Positions 1-12,217 of a DNA stretch of 64,000 nt are shown one piece after another. Positions within the stretch are counted from its first letter, which is position 1, and every line of letters starts with the position of its first letter. The notes beneath the pieces are model-generated. The model ran no database searches. It was given only the letters and a program-made list of their open reading frames with translations, and was not told the origin of the DNA. Source of the stretch: Eledone cirrhosa (Eukaryota); contig OZ024742.1 in the NCBI GenBank assembly GCA_964016885.1, positions 159,464,001-159,528,000 on the forward strand, read 5' to 3'. A program made the position numbers and the translations under genes.

Positions 1-210
1 TTCCCCTTGTCATTATTTGGTAGACCTAAGCTTTGTTCAATTATGTTTACCTTAGTATAGGTATAAAGGTGAAGGGCCCATATCTCCTGGTGAAGTTGTA
101 GGGGGTGCCGTTCTGTCACGCATCGTGACTTGAGCATCTTAAAATTTGGTGGCGGAACACAGTCGGAACACAGTCAATTTCTTCCCGAGAGAGAGAGAGA
201 TAGATAGATA

Positions 211-295
211 TGTTTCTTTATTAGCCACAGAGGCACAAAAGAAGGGAACAAATACAAAGGGGGAAGTTTACATAAAATAAAAACGTGTAAAATAC
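211..295 (-). mobile_element. Tx1-like LINE 3'-terminal fragment (~85 bp, 5'-truncated)
   Basis: Near-identical to 755-840, the 3' UTR ending ...GGCTAATAAAGAAA on the minus strand; TAGA repeats on both sides. Confidence 0.85.
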
Positions 296-309
296 TATAG
301 ATAGATATA

Positions 310-627
310 TTTCTTTATTAGCCACAGGGGCACAAAAGAAGGGGACAAATACAAAGGGGGAAGTTTACATACAATAAAAACGTGTAAAATGTTATCACAG
401 ATGGAATTTAAAAGTTAGTCGATTTTCCCCAATAGAGGGAGACAGTTTATATGGGTAACACATACCCCCGAAAAAAAATGTGCAACCCTCATCTCCAGGA
501 GTACGAAGAGCTTGTACTCCTTTCCTCTCCTCCTTTTCCTCAACCTACAGGCTGATATAGAGAGAAGGTCCATTCACTCGGGCCATTCTCGCCACTTTCA
601 CCCACCTTTCATAAAACTTGCTGGGGT
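310..627 (-). mobile_element. Tx1-like LINE 3' fragment (~320 bp: ORF2 C-terminus + 3' UTR)
   Basis: Copy of ~757-1075; bounded by (GATA)n at ~297-309 and ~628-685. Confidence 0.9.
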
Positions 628-841
628 GATAGATAGATAGATATATATATAGAGAGAGATAGATAGATAGAGAGAGAGAGATAGATAACTAATTAGATAT
701 CTTTCTTTATTTATTCGTTATTTTTTCATTTATTTATTGATAAATAGATAGATATGTTTCTTTATTAGCCACAAGGACACAAAAGAAGGGTACAAATACA
801 AAGGGGGAAGTTTACATACCATAAAAACGTGTAAAATATTA

Positions 842-3800
842 TCACAAATGCAATTTAAAAATTAGTCGATTTTCCCCAATAGGGGGAGACATTACATATG
901 GGTAACACATACCCCGACAAAAATGTGCAACCCTCATCTCCAGGAGTACGAAGAGTTTGTACCCGTTTCCTCCCCTCCTCCCTTTCCTCAACCTAAGGCT
1001 GATATAGAGAGAAGGCCCATTCACTCGGGCCATTCTCGCCACTTTCACCCACCTTTCATAAAACTTGCTGGGGTACAGCACCTCTCTCTCCATCCTGATT
1101 CTTCTTCCAAAGTGGTATTTGAAAAAAAGAATCAGTTGTTGGCCGGAGAGAAAGGTGTCTGACCTCAGCCCTTTCAACCTTGTCCACCATACAACCTCTT
1201 TCGCCATAGCTTTCACACAAAGGAAAACCGCCTCTCCTTCGTTTTTGAAGGAGGGTGGCGGTTTGATCATGACAATGGACTCGGTGGTCAACCGGATTGG
1301 TCCGACCCGCGACAATAGACGTTCTACATAGCCCCACAGGTCGGTGACGCCCGGGCAGTGTATGAATGCGTGCGCGACGGTTTCTGCATCTCGCACACAC
1401 ATCGGACATCTTTTTTTGCAGGGTCCCTGCCCGGGCGCCCATGTCTGTAGAGCTTGTCTCGAACTGGTAGAGCTCCTCGGTATCACTGACAAGCCAGGGA
1501 CTTTTGGAAGTTGTCCATCAGTCCCGAGCGGAAGGTCCTACCGAACAGACTGGCCAGTTCGTCTTCCTCTACGCCTAGAGTTTCACCGAGCGCATCGTCG
1601 CACTTGCTGCGGATGAACCCCCTATAGAATGACGAAGTGGAGTCTCCACTGATCGCCGGGTCCGCTTGCCAGAGGGCTGTGAGCGCCTGGGCACATTCGA
1701 TGTGCCAGTCGCCATTTTCCTCGATCTTTGCTTGACCCAGGACTGCAGCTCGGTCAGCGAGACGAGTCGTGGGAAGGCTCGCCTCACGAACGGGGCCCAC
1801 ACCGTTTGTGCGCATCGTCAGCCACGGCTTCACCAGCCCTCGGTTGGAAGGGTGTTGGCAGCAGATGGATCTTCTCACCAAAGGAGCCCGCCTCTTCCAA
1901 AGGAATTGGAAGAGCGCGCGCTCCATTTTGGTGAGCGTTTTGGCTGGACAAGGCACGACGGTCAAGCGGTAGTAGATGGCGTAGTAGTGTTCGCCACCTC
2001 CGCTCGACCTTTCAAGGATAGTTTGCACTCGGCCCACTTCTGGGTGAGTGCAAACACCTTGGCCGTCACCTCGTTCCAGTTAATCTCCACCTGGAGGTCC
2101 GGACCAAACCAGACCCCGAGCAGCTTTACCGGTCCTAGCGTCCAGCGTCCGACAACTCCATCGGAAGGCATCGGCCTGCCTCTCCACGATCCGAGTTGCA
2201 AACCGATGGACTTGTCCCGGTTCAGCTTCGCTCCTGTGAAACTTTCGTATTCCTTCAGTAAGGTGCCGACTTCCTCGATTTGCGAGGCGCTCGACACCAT
2301 TACTGTCACGTCGTCGACGTAGGCCGACGCCGCTTTCCACAGTCCCGGTTCCAGAGGGATACCCTGCAATAGCTCCAACTTCCGCAATAGTGGCTCGAGA
2401 GTCAGTACGTACAGAAGGGAGGAGAGAGGGCATCCCTGTCGAATGGATCGCGTGATATGGAACGGCTCCGAGAGGTAGCCGTTCATCTTGACCCTTGAGC
2501 AGATGTTGCTGTTCTGCATTGCAGCAATCCAGCCCCTGAACACGGGTCCGAAGCCTGCCGCCTCGAGCACCGCATCCAGGTAACGATGGTCAATCCTATC
2601 GAAAGCCTTAGACTGATCCAAGTTGATCAGGGCCCCACCGAAGCCGGGTTTACACCCTACCCCCTCTATGATGTATCGCATGAGGTGGAGGTTCTCGTGT
2701 ATGGACCTGGTCGGGATTGCGCATGTCTGCGCTTCTCCCACCAGGTTCTCGACGACAAGCGCCAGCCTCTTTGCCAACACCTTGGCCAAAATCTGTAACT
2801 CTGCGTTTAGCAGAGTTATGGGTCGGAAGTTGCCTATGTCATCCCCCTTATTCTCGTCCTTCATGACTAGTGTGACTACGCCTCCGGTCACAGAACTGGG
2901 AATTCTCCCGTTTTGTTGCTAGTTGCAGGTGACCGGAGAATAAGTCCGGCATTGCTACATAAAATTCGTAGGGTAGACCGTCGAGACCTGGAGATTTGCG
3001 TTTGCCGCATTGGCTCAGCGCGTCCCCTATCTCAGCGGCTGAAGTCGGCTTTTCGCAGAATTTCGCCTCGCTGTCCGAGAGTCGCGGTAGGTTGTCGAGC
3101 AATGGACCGAAATCCATAGCCCCTCCCGGCGCGCCGCCCTGCCCGAACAGTAGAGCAAAGTGCCGCTGAAAGGCTGCACACATCTGCTTCGGCTCACGCA
3201 TCACGCGTCCGTCTTGGTCCTTCAAAGACCGAATCGTGGACTTGTTGCCATATTTGCCTCCGTCACTCGGGCCCAGCTAACAGCTTTGGCTCCCTCGTTT
3301 CCCAGAGCACGTATTTTGCTTCTGACAACGCAGCCCTCGTGCTTTGCGTCGAAGAACTGGTCCAAGGCCGTTCTCGTTGCTAGCACGCTGGCTACGTTGC
3401 CGCTTCTACTTTATCTACCAGTTCCTTCTCGGTTCTATTTCTATCTAACGCTAATTATTTACTAAAAACTAACGAGTCTAATCTAACTGCCCTGTTGAGA
3501 GAGTACCACCATCTGTTGTCCCCCGTCAAGTGCTGCTTAACTAAAGTGCTAATCCGTCTACTGTAGGCTTTGCATGTCGGTAACGACATGTTCAGCTTCC
3601 AGTAGCCGGGTCCGTGTCTATGGGTTCTATCAAGGTTGACCATGCAGGTCACTAGTTTGTGATCTGAATAGGCAACCCTGAACATTTGTGGACAGCTTAA
3701 CATGTCCCTATCCTTATTTCTAACTAGAACCCTATCTAGGTACGATCTAGATGTTCCGCTGCGATTAGTCCACGGTCCACAGTGGCACAGTCGGAAAATC

Positions 3801-4336
3801 TAGTCGATATCTATCGGCCAGGTCAAATCGGCCGATTAACTGTTTGAGGCTGTTACACCCCCCTTTATCGAGACATGCTCCCACATAGTCCCAACGTGCA
3901 TCTAGGATTCCATTCCAGTCCCCCACTGAAAGCAAGGAGTGGGACGTTCCCAGAAAAGTCTCTAGACGTTTGAAGAAATCTGGCCGCGGTGTCCCGGATG
4001 GGGCATATGCGGCCACCAGGATGAAGGCTCCACCTTCACTACCCTCAACGTCTAGGACTACCAGTCGACCCTCCGGGTCCAGAGGTACCGTCTGTGTTAC
4101 GAGGCTGTGTTTCCGCAGCAAAACGGCAACCCCGCCCCCACCCCCCGGCTGACAGAGAGATGCGTAGATCTCAAAGTCATCGAAGATGGGGGCCAGTTGT
4201 CGCTAGCTGTGGATCCTGGACTCGCAAATGGCTACTACATCCATACTGTGCGACCTGAGGTCGTTTAAGAGTTTGCCCTGTTTCCAGAGCATCCCAGGCC
4301 GCGTACATTCACACATCCAACTCTTATATTGGCCAT
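842..4336 (-). pseudogene. Tx1 ORF2 (APE endonuclease-RT-zinc finger), multiple frameshifts
   Basis: ATG at 4336-4334 (MANIRVGC); fragments 3765-4121, 3455-3703, 2848-3225, 1962-2891, 842-1492. Confidence 0.9.
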
Positions 4337-4376
4337 GTTGGTTCTGAAAAGTTAAAAGAAGAAGAGAAGAAAACAC

Positions 4377-6589
4377 TCACCTCTTCGTCTCCCGGGGACC
4401 AGGCCGCACGGTTTCCATGGGGGTGTTAGAGGGGTCGTCTGGGTGGGTGGTGGTTTCCGGCGGGGTGGGGACGGGGATGTTTGGTGGGGTAGGGGTGTCT
4501 GGGGTGAGGGTGGGGAAACTTTTTAAAAGGACACGGTTAATGGGTTTAACACAAGGATTACCCACGCCCTTAGGAAAGTTTTCCTTTAAAGACTTATAGG
4601 TGTCCTTGGGGACCCTAATCATCTTTAATCATTTTAAAATTAGGTTTGTCTACACAGTTCGAAAAAGTTTTCCCTTCGGTGAAAACCGAAGGGTCGTTGG
4701 AGATGACCTCCATTAAAGTTGTTTTTACTGTTTATGTATGTGTAATGTTCTTGTGTTGCGTTGGTTTTTGTCTGTTGTTGTTGTGGGAGCTTTCATTTTG
4801 TTGTAGGTGTTTGTGTTTGGAGTGATGTCGTGGTTTTGTTTTCGGGACGGGGGTTTTTTGTTTGTAATGTTTGTGTTGTTTGTGTTAGTGGTTGTATGCT
4901 TGTAGTGCATTTTTTTTTTGTTCTTGTGGTGTCTTTTTTTTAGATAATGTGTATTGCTGGTACAGGCATGTGATGTATAATGATAATGGAGGAAGACAGC
5001 TATAGAAACAGAAAACGTAACTACTTTGTTTCTTTCAGTCAACAACATATTTATTCGATGTGAATGCAACATTATAATTGAGTAACTACTTTTGAACTTT
5101 TATAATATATCATTTCAAGAACATGCAAGTCCCGTGTTTAACTCTGCCAACATTCCGCAGTGGTTATTTTTGAGAACCCATAATCAGCGTGTCTGACTCC
5201 TTTCAGAGTTCTTGTCCAAAGAGAGTTGCTGCTGCTGATTTTATTGTGACGTCACAAACAAGGGAAACGACTCTCTGTTCACTTTATTCGCCATTAGGTG
5301 GCGAGAGGTATCTTACTATATTTTCTTCTTTCTTTTCGAACGGAGAGGCTCTCTCTCATCGTCACTTGGTGATGATGTGGGGGCCTCGTCCGTTGTGGTG
5401 TCTATGTTATTTGGAAGGGGTATATTTTGGGGAGCTGTTGTGTTTGTGGGTGTTTTTGCAGTGGTTTTAGGTGAAGTGGGGTTGGGTGGGACTGTGCTTG
5501 CAGGCTGGTTTTTTGTTGTTGTTGTGGTTATGTTTGCGGGTTGTTGTTGTTGTTGTTGTGGTGGTGGTGGTGGTGGTGGTTGTGTTGTTGTTTTGGGTGT
5601 TGGCAGTAGTGCCTCTTTTTTTATGTAATTAACTGACAGTAAGCCTTCAGGTGACCACTGCTTAAACAGTGGTAACATGAAGGCCGCCTACCCTCAACGG
5701 AAATGTTTATGTGTGAAATTCCATCCAGAGGCACACGTTGGGGTATTTTAGCTATCCGTTCTGGCCTCATTTGGACCAGAACTTCCATGCTTGTACCATT
5801 GAATGTGCCTCTGGAGGACTTTCCCACCGAAATGATGGTGTCTTCGTCTAAATCGATGAAGCCAGTTAAAATCCACCAGACGTTTACGTTTGGTGCAATG
5901 TTCGACATTTTTATTTTTTGTGTTCTTTTTCCCATATATGTGGGGAAAAAGGTGTAAAGGGGGGGACACAATCGGTGATACAGAATATTTTTGCGCTGTC
6001 AATTGGTCTTTCAACAACACCGAAATGCTTCCAAAAAGTTTCCCTTTTTGGATGAAGGCAATATCCTTCATGGAATTCTTCAGAACCAGTTCAATATCGT
6101 TTTGGGATAACTGAACTGGTTTTTTCGACACATTTGAAACCGTCCTAAAAATTACTGAATTTAGAACAGTTTCTCTGCGTAACTGTGAGGAGAAGTGATA
6201 CTGAAAGCACCACTCTCGCCAAAAGTTACATACTGCTTTGTATCACTTAACATTTCCCTAGCATTGGAAATGTCAAGGTATGTGAACAGTTCCGTCTTTT
6301 GGATGGTTTGAGCAAAGGAAATCTTTTCCTTGTTCGTGGAGTTGTTCGTGTTGCTGTTGTTGTTGGTGGTGTTGTTGTTGTTGGTGGTGTTGTTGTTATC
6401 ATTGTTGCTGTTGTTGTTCTTGTTGTCATTATTGTTGTTCTGGTTGGTGTTGCTTATATTTTGCATGTTATTGGTGTTTGTGTTAGTGTTGATGTTACAA
6501 TCAACGTCCGACATCGTGTTTTCAAAACTGACGACATTTTCGATGTCTTTCAATGAGGTGGTGAGAGGAGGTGACTGCGAGCTTAACAC
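4377..6589 (-). pseudogene. Tx1 ORF1 (gag-like, zinc knuckle), frameshifted and interrupted by a solo LTR
   Basis: ORF pieces 6161-6589, 5748-6131, 5621-5971, 5316-5678 and 4377-4622; collinear with copy 3 ORF1. Confidence 0.8.
4941..5318 (-). mobile_element. Probable solo LTR (~378 bp) inserted in Tx1 ORF1
   Basis: Absent at the equivalent position of copy 3 (~47790). Minus strand shows TATAAAAG followed by AATAAA ~110 nt before the end. Termini are TA...TA; flanks TTTTT/TATTT form an imperfect TSD. Confidence 0.6.
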
Positions 6590-6797
6590 TCTTACCGCCT
6601 CTCCACCACTTCTAGCATGACTGAATGCAAGGTTTGTTTACAATTTTTCACCGGCGTAATTTTTTTCCAAACGAAAATTTCACCCCAGGGAGGGGTGAAG
6701 ATGACTTGACCCACCGTCTGAAAGTCCAGACGTGGGGTCAAGCTATAAAATAGTAATAAATATAACAATAAATTTTTGATTTCTTACTTAGTAAAAC

Positions 6798-6916
6798 AGA
6801 TAGATAATAGATAGATAAATAGATAGATAGATAGATATATAGAGAGATAGAGAGAGAGAGAGGGAGAGAGAGAGAGAGAGAGGGAGAGAGAGAGAGAGAG
6901 AGAGGGGGAGAGAGAG
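6798..6916. repeat. (GATA)n/(GA)n microsatellite
   Basis: Seen directly; abuts the 5' end of Tx1 copy 1. Confidence 0.95.
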
Positions 6917-6934
6917 AACCAACCCCAGAAACGG

Positions 6935-7445
6935 ATGGGTACTTTATTTGTCAACATCGATATAAGTATGACCATGACAACACTTCTACTTGGAGTAAAA
7001 AATTGCCATCAAAACACACAGCTTTTTGAGATCATCAGAGCAGGTGCTAGTAGGAAAACAACCACTTATGTTTTCATTGCAGGTGACTTCAATTACCCTG
7101 AGATTGAATGGAAAACTTTTCGTTGGCTGCAGATTGCAAATAATTTCCTTGATTTATTGGTGGATTCGAACTGATCCCAAGTAGTCACCCCCACAAGAGG
7201 TAACACTTTGGATCTGCTCTTTACTACTACTCCTGAAACGGTTATCGATGCCACTACTGAGGAACCTTTAAGTGACTCCGATCATGCTATGATCATTGCC
7301 AATCTATTTCTTCTTATTGGCAGTAACAAAACTACAACCATCTCCAAACAGCTCGCTTTGACTTGAATAAAGCAAACTGGAATACTTACTCCACTGAGTT
7401 TCAACGGCCAAACTGGCTTGAATTTTGCGACTCTGCAGATGTGAA
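6935..7445 (+). pseudogene. CR1/L2-type LINE APE endonuclease fragment
   Basis: IAGDFNYPEIEW, PTRGNTLDLLFT and SDSDH motifs, with stops and frameshifts. Confidence 0.75.
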
Positions 7446-7509
7446 TATTATACATCAGAACATCCTCGACTCAATATAGACGGCATGTATAGCATCAGTA
7501 CCACGTAAG

Positions 7510-7521
7510 CACACACACACA

Positions 7522-7576
<55 letters not shown>

Positions 7577-7597
7577 TCGCACGCACGCACGCACGCA

Positions 7598-7678
<81 letters not shown>
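7510..7678. repeat. (GCAC)n/(AC)n microsatellite
   Basis: Seen directly. Confidence 0.97.
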
Positions 7679-7681
<3 letters not shown>

Positions 7682-8247
7682 TACATTCCAAAAGTGCAAT
7701 TTGGGAGACCGCAGCAGTCCGACTTGCCAGGAAAGAATGTTGTGATGCTGAACGAGAATACAGACGCCATAGATCAGAGGTTAATAGAAAAAAAGCACAA
7801 TAGATCATCTAACCATCTAAGGTGGCTAATCATGAAGTCTGGAATACGACTCCACTGCTTGGCATCTTGCCTCGAGGAATAGATGAAAACTCGTAGAATG
7901 GATTGTATTTATAATTATGCTTGTTGTGTCTGAGAATTTCGTTAAGAGTCACTCACACGTTGTGTGGTTAGAAAAAGCTATCTCACTTACCGCTTTTCAT
8001 AGGCGCCGCTAAATACCATGGCTTGTTTCTCCTCTTCCACGTGCGTACGATCCAACTTATTAACACTGGGAGCTGCCAAACTCGCGTCCACCACGTTTGA
8101 TCACCGCTAGAGAAAGGCCGACCTGCTGGCCCTTCCGGTCGAGCACTCTCCAGCTTCCGACCACCGCACACCACACCATACCCACACGCCCCCCTGATCT
8201 CAAGGATCAATTTTCCCCTCGTCCTTCTGCATATGAAAGTCTGCTGT

Positions 8248-10966
8248 TCAGGTTGGTGGTTTTCGACTTCTTTGCGATCTCCGCAGTGTTGGGGCGGCAC
8301 TTTGGGTTTCCTCTTCCTCGGAGTCCGTTGACACAGTAATTCTACGGACATCCAGGACATGACATGGTACTCCGTCCACGGACACATTGTTCTGGGAATT
8401 TACGGCCGTCACCGTTCCCCTTCCCCATTGAGATGTGCAACGTGCATCTGGGGGCTTAACCCAGACTTCTTCGCCCACCTGCACGAATGCAGTCTCTCTC
8501 CCCACTGGCCGTTGTGGTGGCGTGCACGGGTGCCGCCACTCGTATCTGAATACTGCTCTGTGTGGCACCGATTCCTCAACCTGTCCCACCCGAGGGGACA
8601 TGTTGTACCAGAACACTGCCTTCACTGGTGAGCTGTGGCCCCGCTCCGCCATTGCTTTGATCGTCCGGTGGTGTCGCTCCACGATTCCATTTCTGCTCGG
8701 CCTGTACGCTGCTCTGAAGAAACGGTCCACCTTCCATCCATCGAGCATCTCCCACAGCGCCTCCGAGCGGAATGCTGCGCTGTTGTCCATAAGCAGTTCG
8801 TCTACAGTGCTCCGCTCCAAGAACACCTCTCTCAACGTCCGCATGATTTCCTCGGCCGTTCCAGTCTTCATCTCCCTCCATATCGCCATCCGTCCCGGTC
8901 CACAGTTGACCATCGAGAGATACGTTCCCTGCCGGTAGTGTGTTACATCCACCGCCAACCGCTTCCATTCGCGATCCACCGGGAGGCTTCCCGTTTCGTG
9001 CACACCCGGGGCGGGATCAATGGACTGACATCGGACGCAGCCTCTAACCACTCTTTGAACACCGTGCCTGTCAACGTCCGAGTTGATTCACCTGGCTAGG
9101 ATCAGAGTCCTATCCACTCCCATGTGGTGCATGTCATGCAACCCTTTCAGATCCGACTCGGTCAGCCGACACACGGCAGCTATCTCCGCCTCTACCTCCT
9201 CCGGCGCTTCCATCCAGGCTTTCTTCGCCCTGGTTAAGACGTCCGCCCTATTTTTCTCTGAGGGCACGAAAACTACGCTCAGCCTCAGGTCGAACTCGGT
9301 GGCCAGCTCTCCTAAAGTTCCCAGGGGGCGCTTTATCAGCATCTCCGCCGCCCCTCTCGTTCGTACTCTCTTCTCACTGGTGAGCACTGATCTGACCCAT
9401 CCGAGTACATTAGCTGAGTCGGTGCGTATCTCGATGGTGCGCAGTCCCCACCTCAGGGCGAGGTTCACCTCTCTCAACACCGCGTCCAGCTCGGCCACAT
9501 TGATGTGGTTGCAGTCGTCCTTCGTAAGCCAGGCTGCATCCTCGACCTCAGCACCTCCTATCTCCAACGTGACACCCAGCGCTATGCTACTGGCATCGCA
9601 CCATACGGTCCCGCTCTGCGATTTGGGAACATACCAGTGTCCCCGCACTGGGTCGTCGACCTTCACCCTCTCCACGATCTCCTGTATCATGGCCACCGTC
9701 CTCTCTCCCACTCTGTCACTCCAAGTCACCCCTCCCGCTCGTCTCTTGACATAGCTGCATGCCGTCCGGAGTCACCCAGCAATCGGGTAGTGACCCACCA
9801 ACTTTCCACACACCGAGAAAAGCTCCCGCCTACTCATACTTGGGCCCAGTTCTGGAACTTCATTTCCCCTCTGGAATACTAAGACGTCCGCCCTGTCTCA
9901 CCGTAGCCTAAGTCCCAGCACGGCTCCTCCCTCAAACGCTTCTGACGGCTTCGTAGCCAGTCCATACCCCTGTAAATGGCTCGTGACCTCTGCCGCCGAC
10001 ACTACAGACTCGTCCACTAGGATGTCATCAATGTAAGAATTTGTGGCCCTCTTCATCTAGTCGGCCTTTCCCAGAATGGTCTTGAGGACCGCCGCCATGT
10101 TCTTCGGTGCGGAGCTCAGCCCGAAACCGAGCCTGGTCAGGCAATATGTCCGGTCCTTATACCTGACGAGCTGATACTGCCAGAGCTTCTCATCTATATG
10201 CAATTGCAAGTATGCCGACTTTAGATCTACGATTACGGAACCCCCTGTCATGCGTCTCCACTCACGCAGGGTTTCCCCACAGACATCCGTGACCTCGCCA
10301 CGTGCTCGTTCAGCTCCCGAAAGTCCAGTACCGGCCTCACCTTGTTCTTCGTGGGTTGCGCCACCGCCATTAATGGCAATACTCCGCACTTCACCTCCTC
10401 TTTCCAGGGAAGCAGTATGCCCTCCTCAATCCATCTCTCTACCTCTCGCTCCTAATGTCTCCCTTCAATGTGTGTTGATAGCAGCCCACTTTGGTCTTCA
10501 GTGTTGGTGGTTCTCCCTTCCAGTACCACTCAACAACCAATCGCTGCCCATCGAACACGGCCTTGAAATCTTTGTCCTGCACAGTGTAAGCGGGGTATTT
10601 CTCCTCGTGGGCCTTCTGATTCTCCTGTCGCGTACTCACCGCTCATACCGATGCGGCGCCGCCAAACGAGACACCGACGTTGTTCACTGTGACGCCTCCT
10701 AGACGGCCAATTGCGTCCATGCCCATAACCACGCCGATCCCATCCACCACGTTGTCGACTACGATGGCAGAAAGCCTTATTTTCTTTCCCCGTACCGCCA
10801 TCTCCACCTCGCTGCGACCTCGGCATTCAATTTTCCTACCGTCGACTGCCCTTACGCTGCTCTTCCCTCTCCACCTCTGCGCCACCCCCACGGTCACCAG
10901 TGTCGTCGTACAGCCCGTGTCCACGAGGGCTCGCTGTGGCTTTCTCCTCACGAAGACTTCCACCAC
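8248..10966 (-). pseudogene. pol: pol: aspartic protease, RT, RNase H, DDE integrase (disrupted)
   Basis: ALVDTGC; VDLKSAYLQ, FGLSSAP, YIDD (~10022-10036); WCDAS..NVAEL..RTDS; CVRC, AVDVT..MDNS..NGIVERHHR. Confidence 0.9.
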
Positions 10967-11034
10967 GGGCAGCGCCTCTACTCGTAAGGGGCAACTACCG
11001 GCGCAGTAGTTCCCCTTGGATCGTTTCCCTGGTC

Positions 11035-11728
11035 TCAGTTAGTAGCGATGTGGCCTGGTTGCTTACACCGGTAGCATATTATTTCCGGCCTTGACTCTCT
11101 ACAGTCTCTCGCCATGTGCGGGCCCTGGCACCTAAAACAGCGACCTCTAAACGTTCGCGAGCGACTGCGTGTCGAGGTTGCCTCCCTTTCACCATTTCGC
11201 TGCCAGCTGTCCTGGGCCTCTGTAGTTGCCATCGCCGCGACACTCTTCTTGGCATCTTCTGCTATGATGCGGGCTTGCTCCACCAATGCACGCATCTCCA
11301 TTTCTTTGTAACCAGGGACTTGCTGCAGTTTCACCGCTATGTCGTCTGGAAATCCATTTATGAACGCCAACCGCACCGTGCGTTCGCATTCCGCCTGATA
11401 TCCAGCCAACATGGCCAGACGTCGTATTTCCGCTGCGAAAATGTCAACGCGTTCACCGTTCCATCTAATTCTTGCAAGCGGCTAACGGTCCCTCCGCGAA
11501 CGCTTCCATCATGCGCCTCTCGATCTTTTGCGCATCCCTTTGGCTGTGTTCATCCATTTTAAGGAAGAAAACCAACGCGTCCCCCTCGAGGTACAGTGCC
11601 ATGAGGCCAGCCACATCTTCAATCTTCTGTAAGCTTGCGACCAGCCGGACTTTTCGCAGCCAAGCGACAATATCGCCTTCACAGGTAAATGCCCTAATCG
11701 CTTCGCTCGTTCGTAGTCTCATCGTCAT
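11035..11728 (-). pseudogene. gag: gag with two CCHC knuckles
   Basis: CFRCQGPHMARDC and CYRCKQPGHIATN; split across ORFs 11465-11728 and 11035-11412. Confidence 0.85.
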
Positions 11729-12217
11729 CCTAATTTGTTTTGCGGTACGTAATAAAAAAAAACAACAGACTCCTCTCTGTTTTTCCAGTAGCTTTGTTTT
11801 CGAGTAAGATTTAAAAAAAAAATTTTTTTTATCAGATCTCAGTTTCCAGTGCCGAAATAGCTTGTGGCTAGAAAAAGCTATCTCACTTACCGCTTTTCAT
11901 AGGCTCCGCTAAATCCCATGGCTGGTTTCTCCTCTTCCACGTGCGTACGATCCAACTTATTAACACCGGGAGCTGCCAAACTCGCGTCCACCACGTTTGA
12001 TCACCGCTAGAGAGAGGCCGACCTGCTAGCCCTTCCGGTCGAGCACTCTTCCGGTCGAGCACTCCCCAGCTTCCGGCCACCGCACACCACACCATACCCA
12101 CACGTTGATCATTGAATTGAGCAAACAACTGAATGTTCATCGTTGAAACCGACGAAGGATATATCATATATAACAAGTCAATAACAGAATCACTAGAAAT
12201 AGCAGCCAAATTCACTC

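Larger units (their letters stand above)
755..6797 (-). mobile_element. L1/Tx1-clade non-LTR retrotransposon, near full length, decayed (copy 1)
   Basis: ORF1 has an Asn-rich N-terminus and CCHC knuckle CYHCLSSGHLKAYC. ORF2 has APE (VGDWNG, SDHKLV), GPGYWKLN, RT (FRPITLLN, LDQSKAFD, QGCPLS, YVDD) and C-terminal CPMC..ETVAHAFIHC. Ends in AATAAAGAAA then (TATC)n. Confidence 0.93.
7963..12102 (-). mobile_element. Complete compact LTR retrotransposon (Gypsy domain order gag-PR-RT-RH-IN), decayed
   Basis: LTRs 7963-8186 and 11863-12102 (TG...CA; ~9 substitutions plus a 16-nt duplication); TSD CGTTG at 7958-7962 and 12103-12107; PPT AGGGGGGCG next to the 3' LTR. Confidence 0.95.

Noticed and set aside
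1-185. Possible 5' end of a further Tx1 copy running off the window
   Set aside because: No homology to the other 5' UTRs and no coding evidence within the window.
186-840. Repeat-spacer pattern superficially like a CRISPR array
   Set aside because: The repeats are LINE 3' ends separated by GATA microsatellite; eukaryotic context, no cas genes.
1666-2922. Long antisense ORFs over LINE and LTR pol regions (also 8435-9754, 44076-44667, 49819-50781)
   Set aside because: Shadow ORFs of GC-rich RT coding strands; no motifs, and not consistently open among copies.
7448-7808. Cys/Val/Arg-rich ORFs (also near 17334, 19576, 33013, 37617, 52134)
   Set aside because: Translations of microsatellites.
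12133-12217. Apparent novel N-terminal extension of the Gypsy RT ORF
   Set aside because: Looks like a chance in-frame junction with flanking LINE-like remnant sequence after loss of the Gypsy 5' half.
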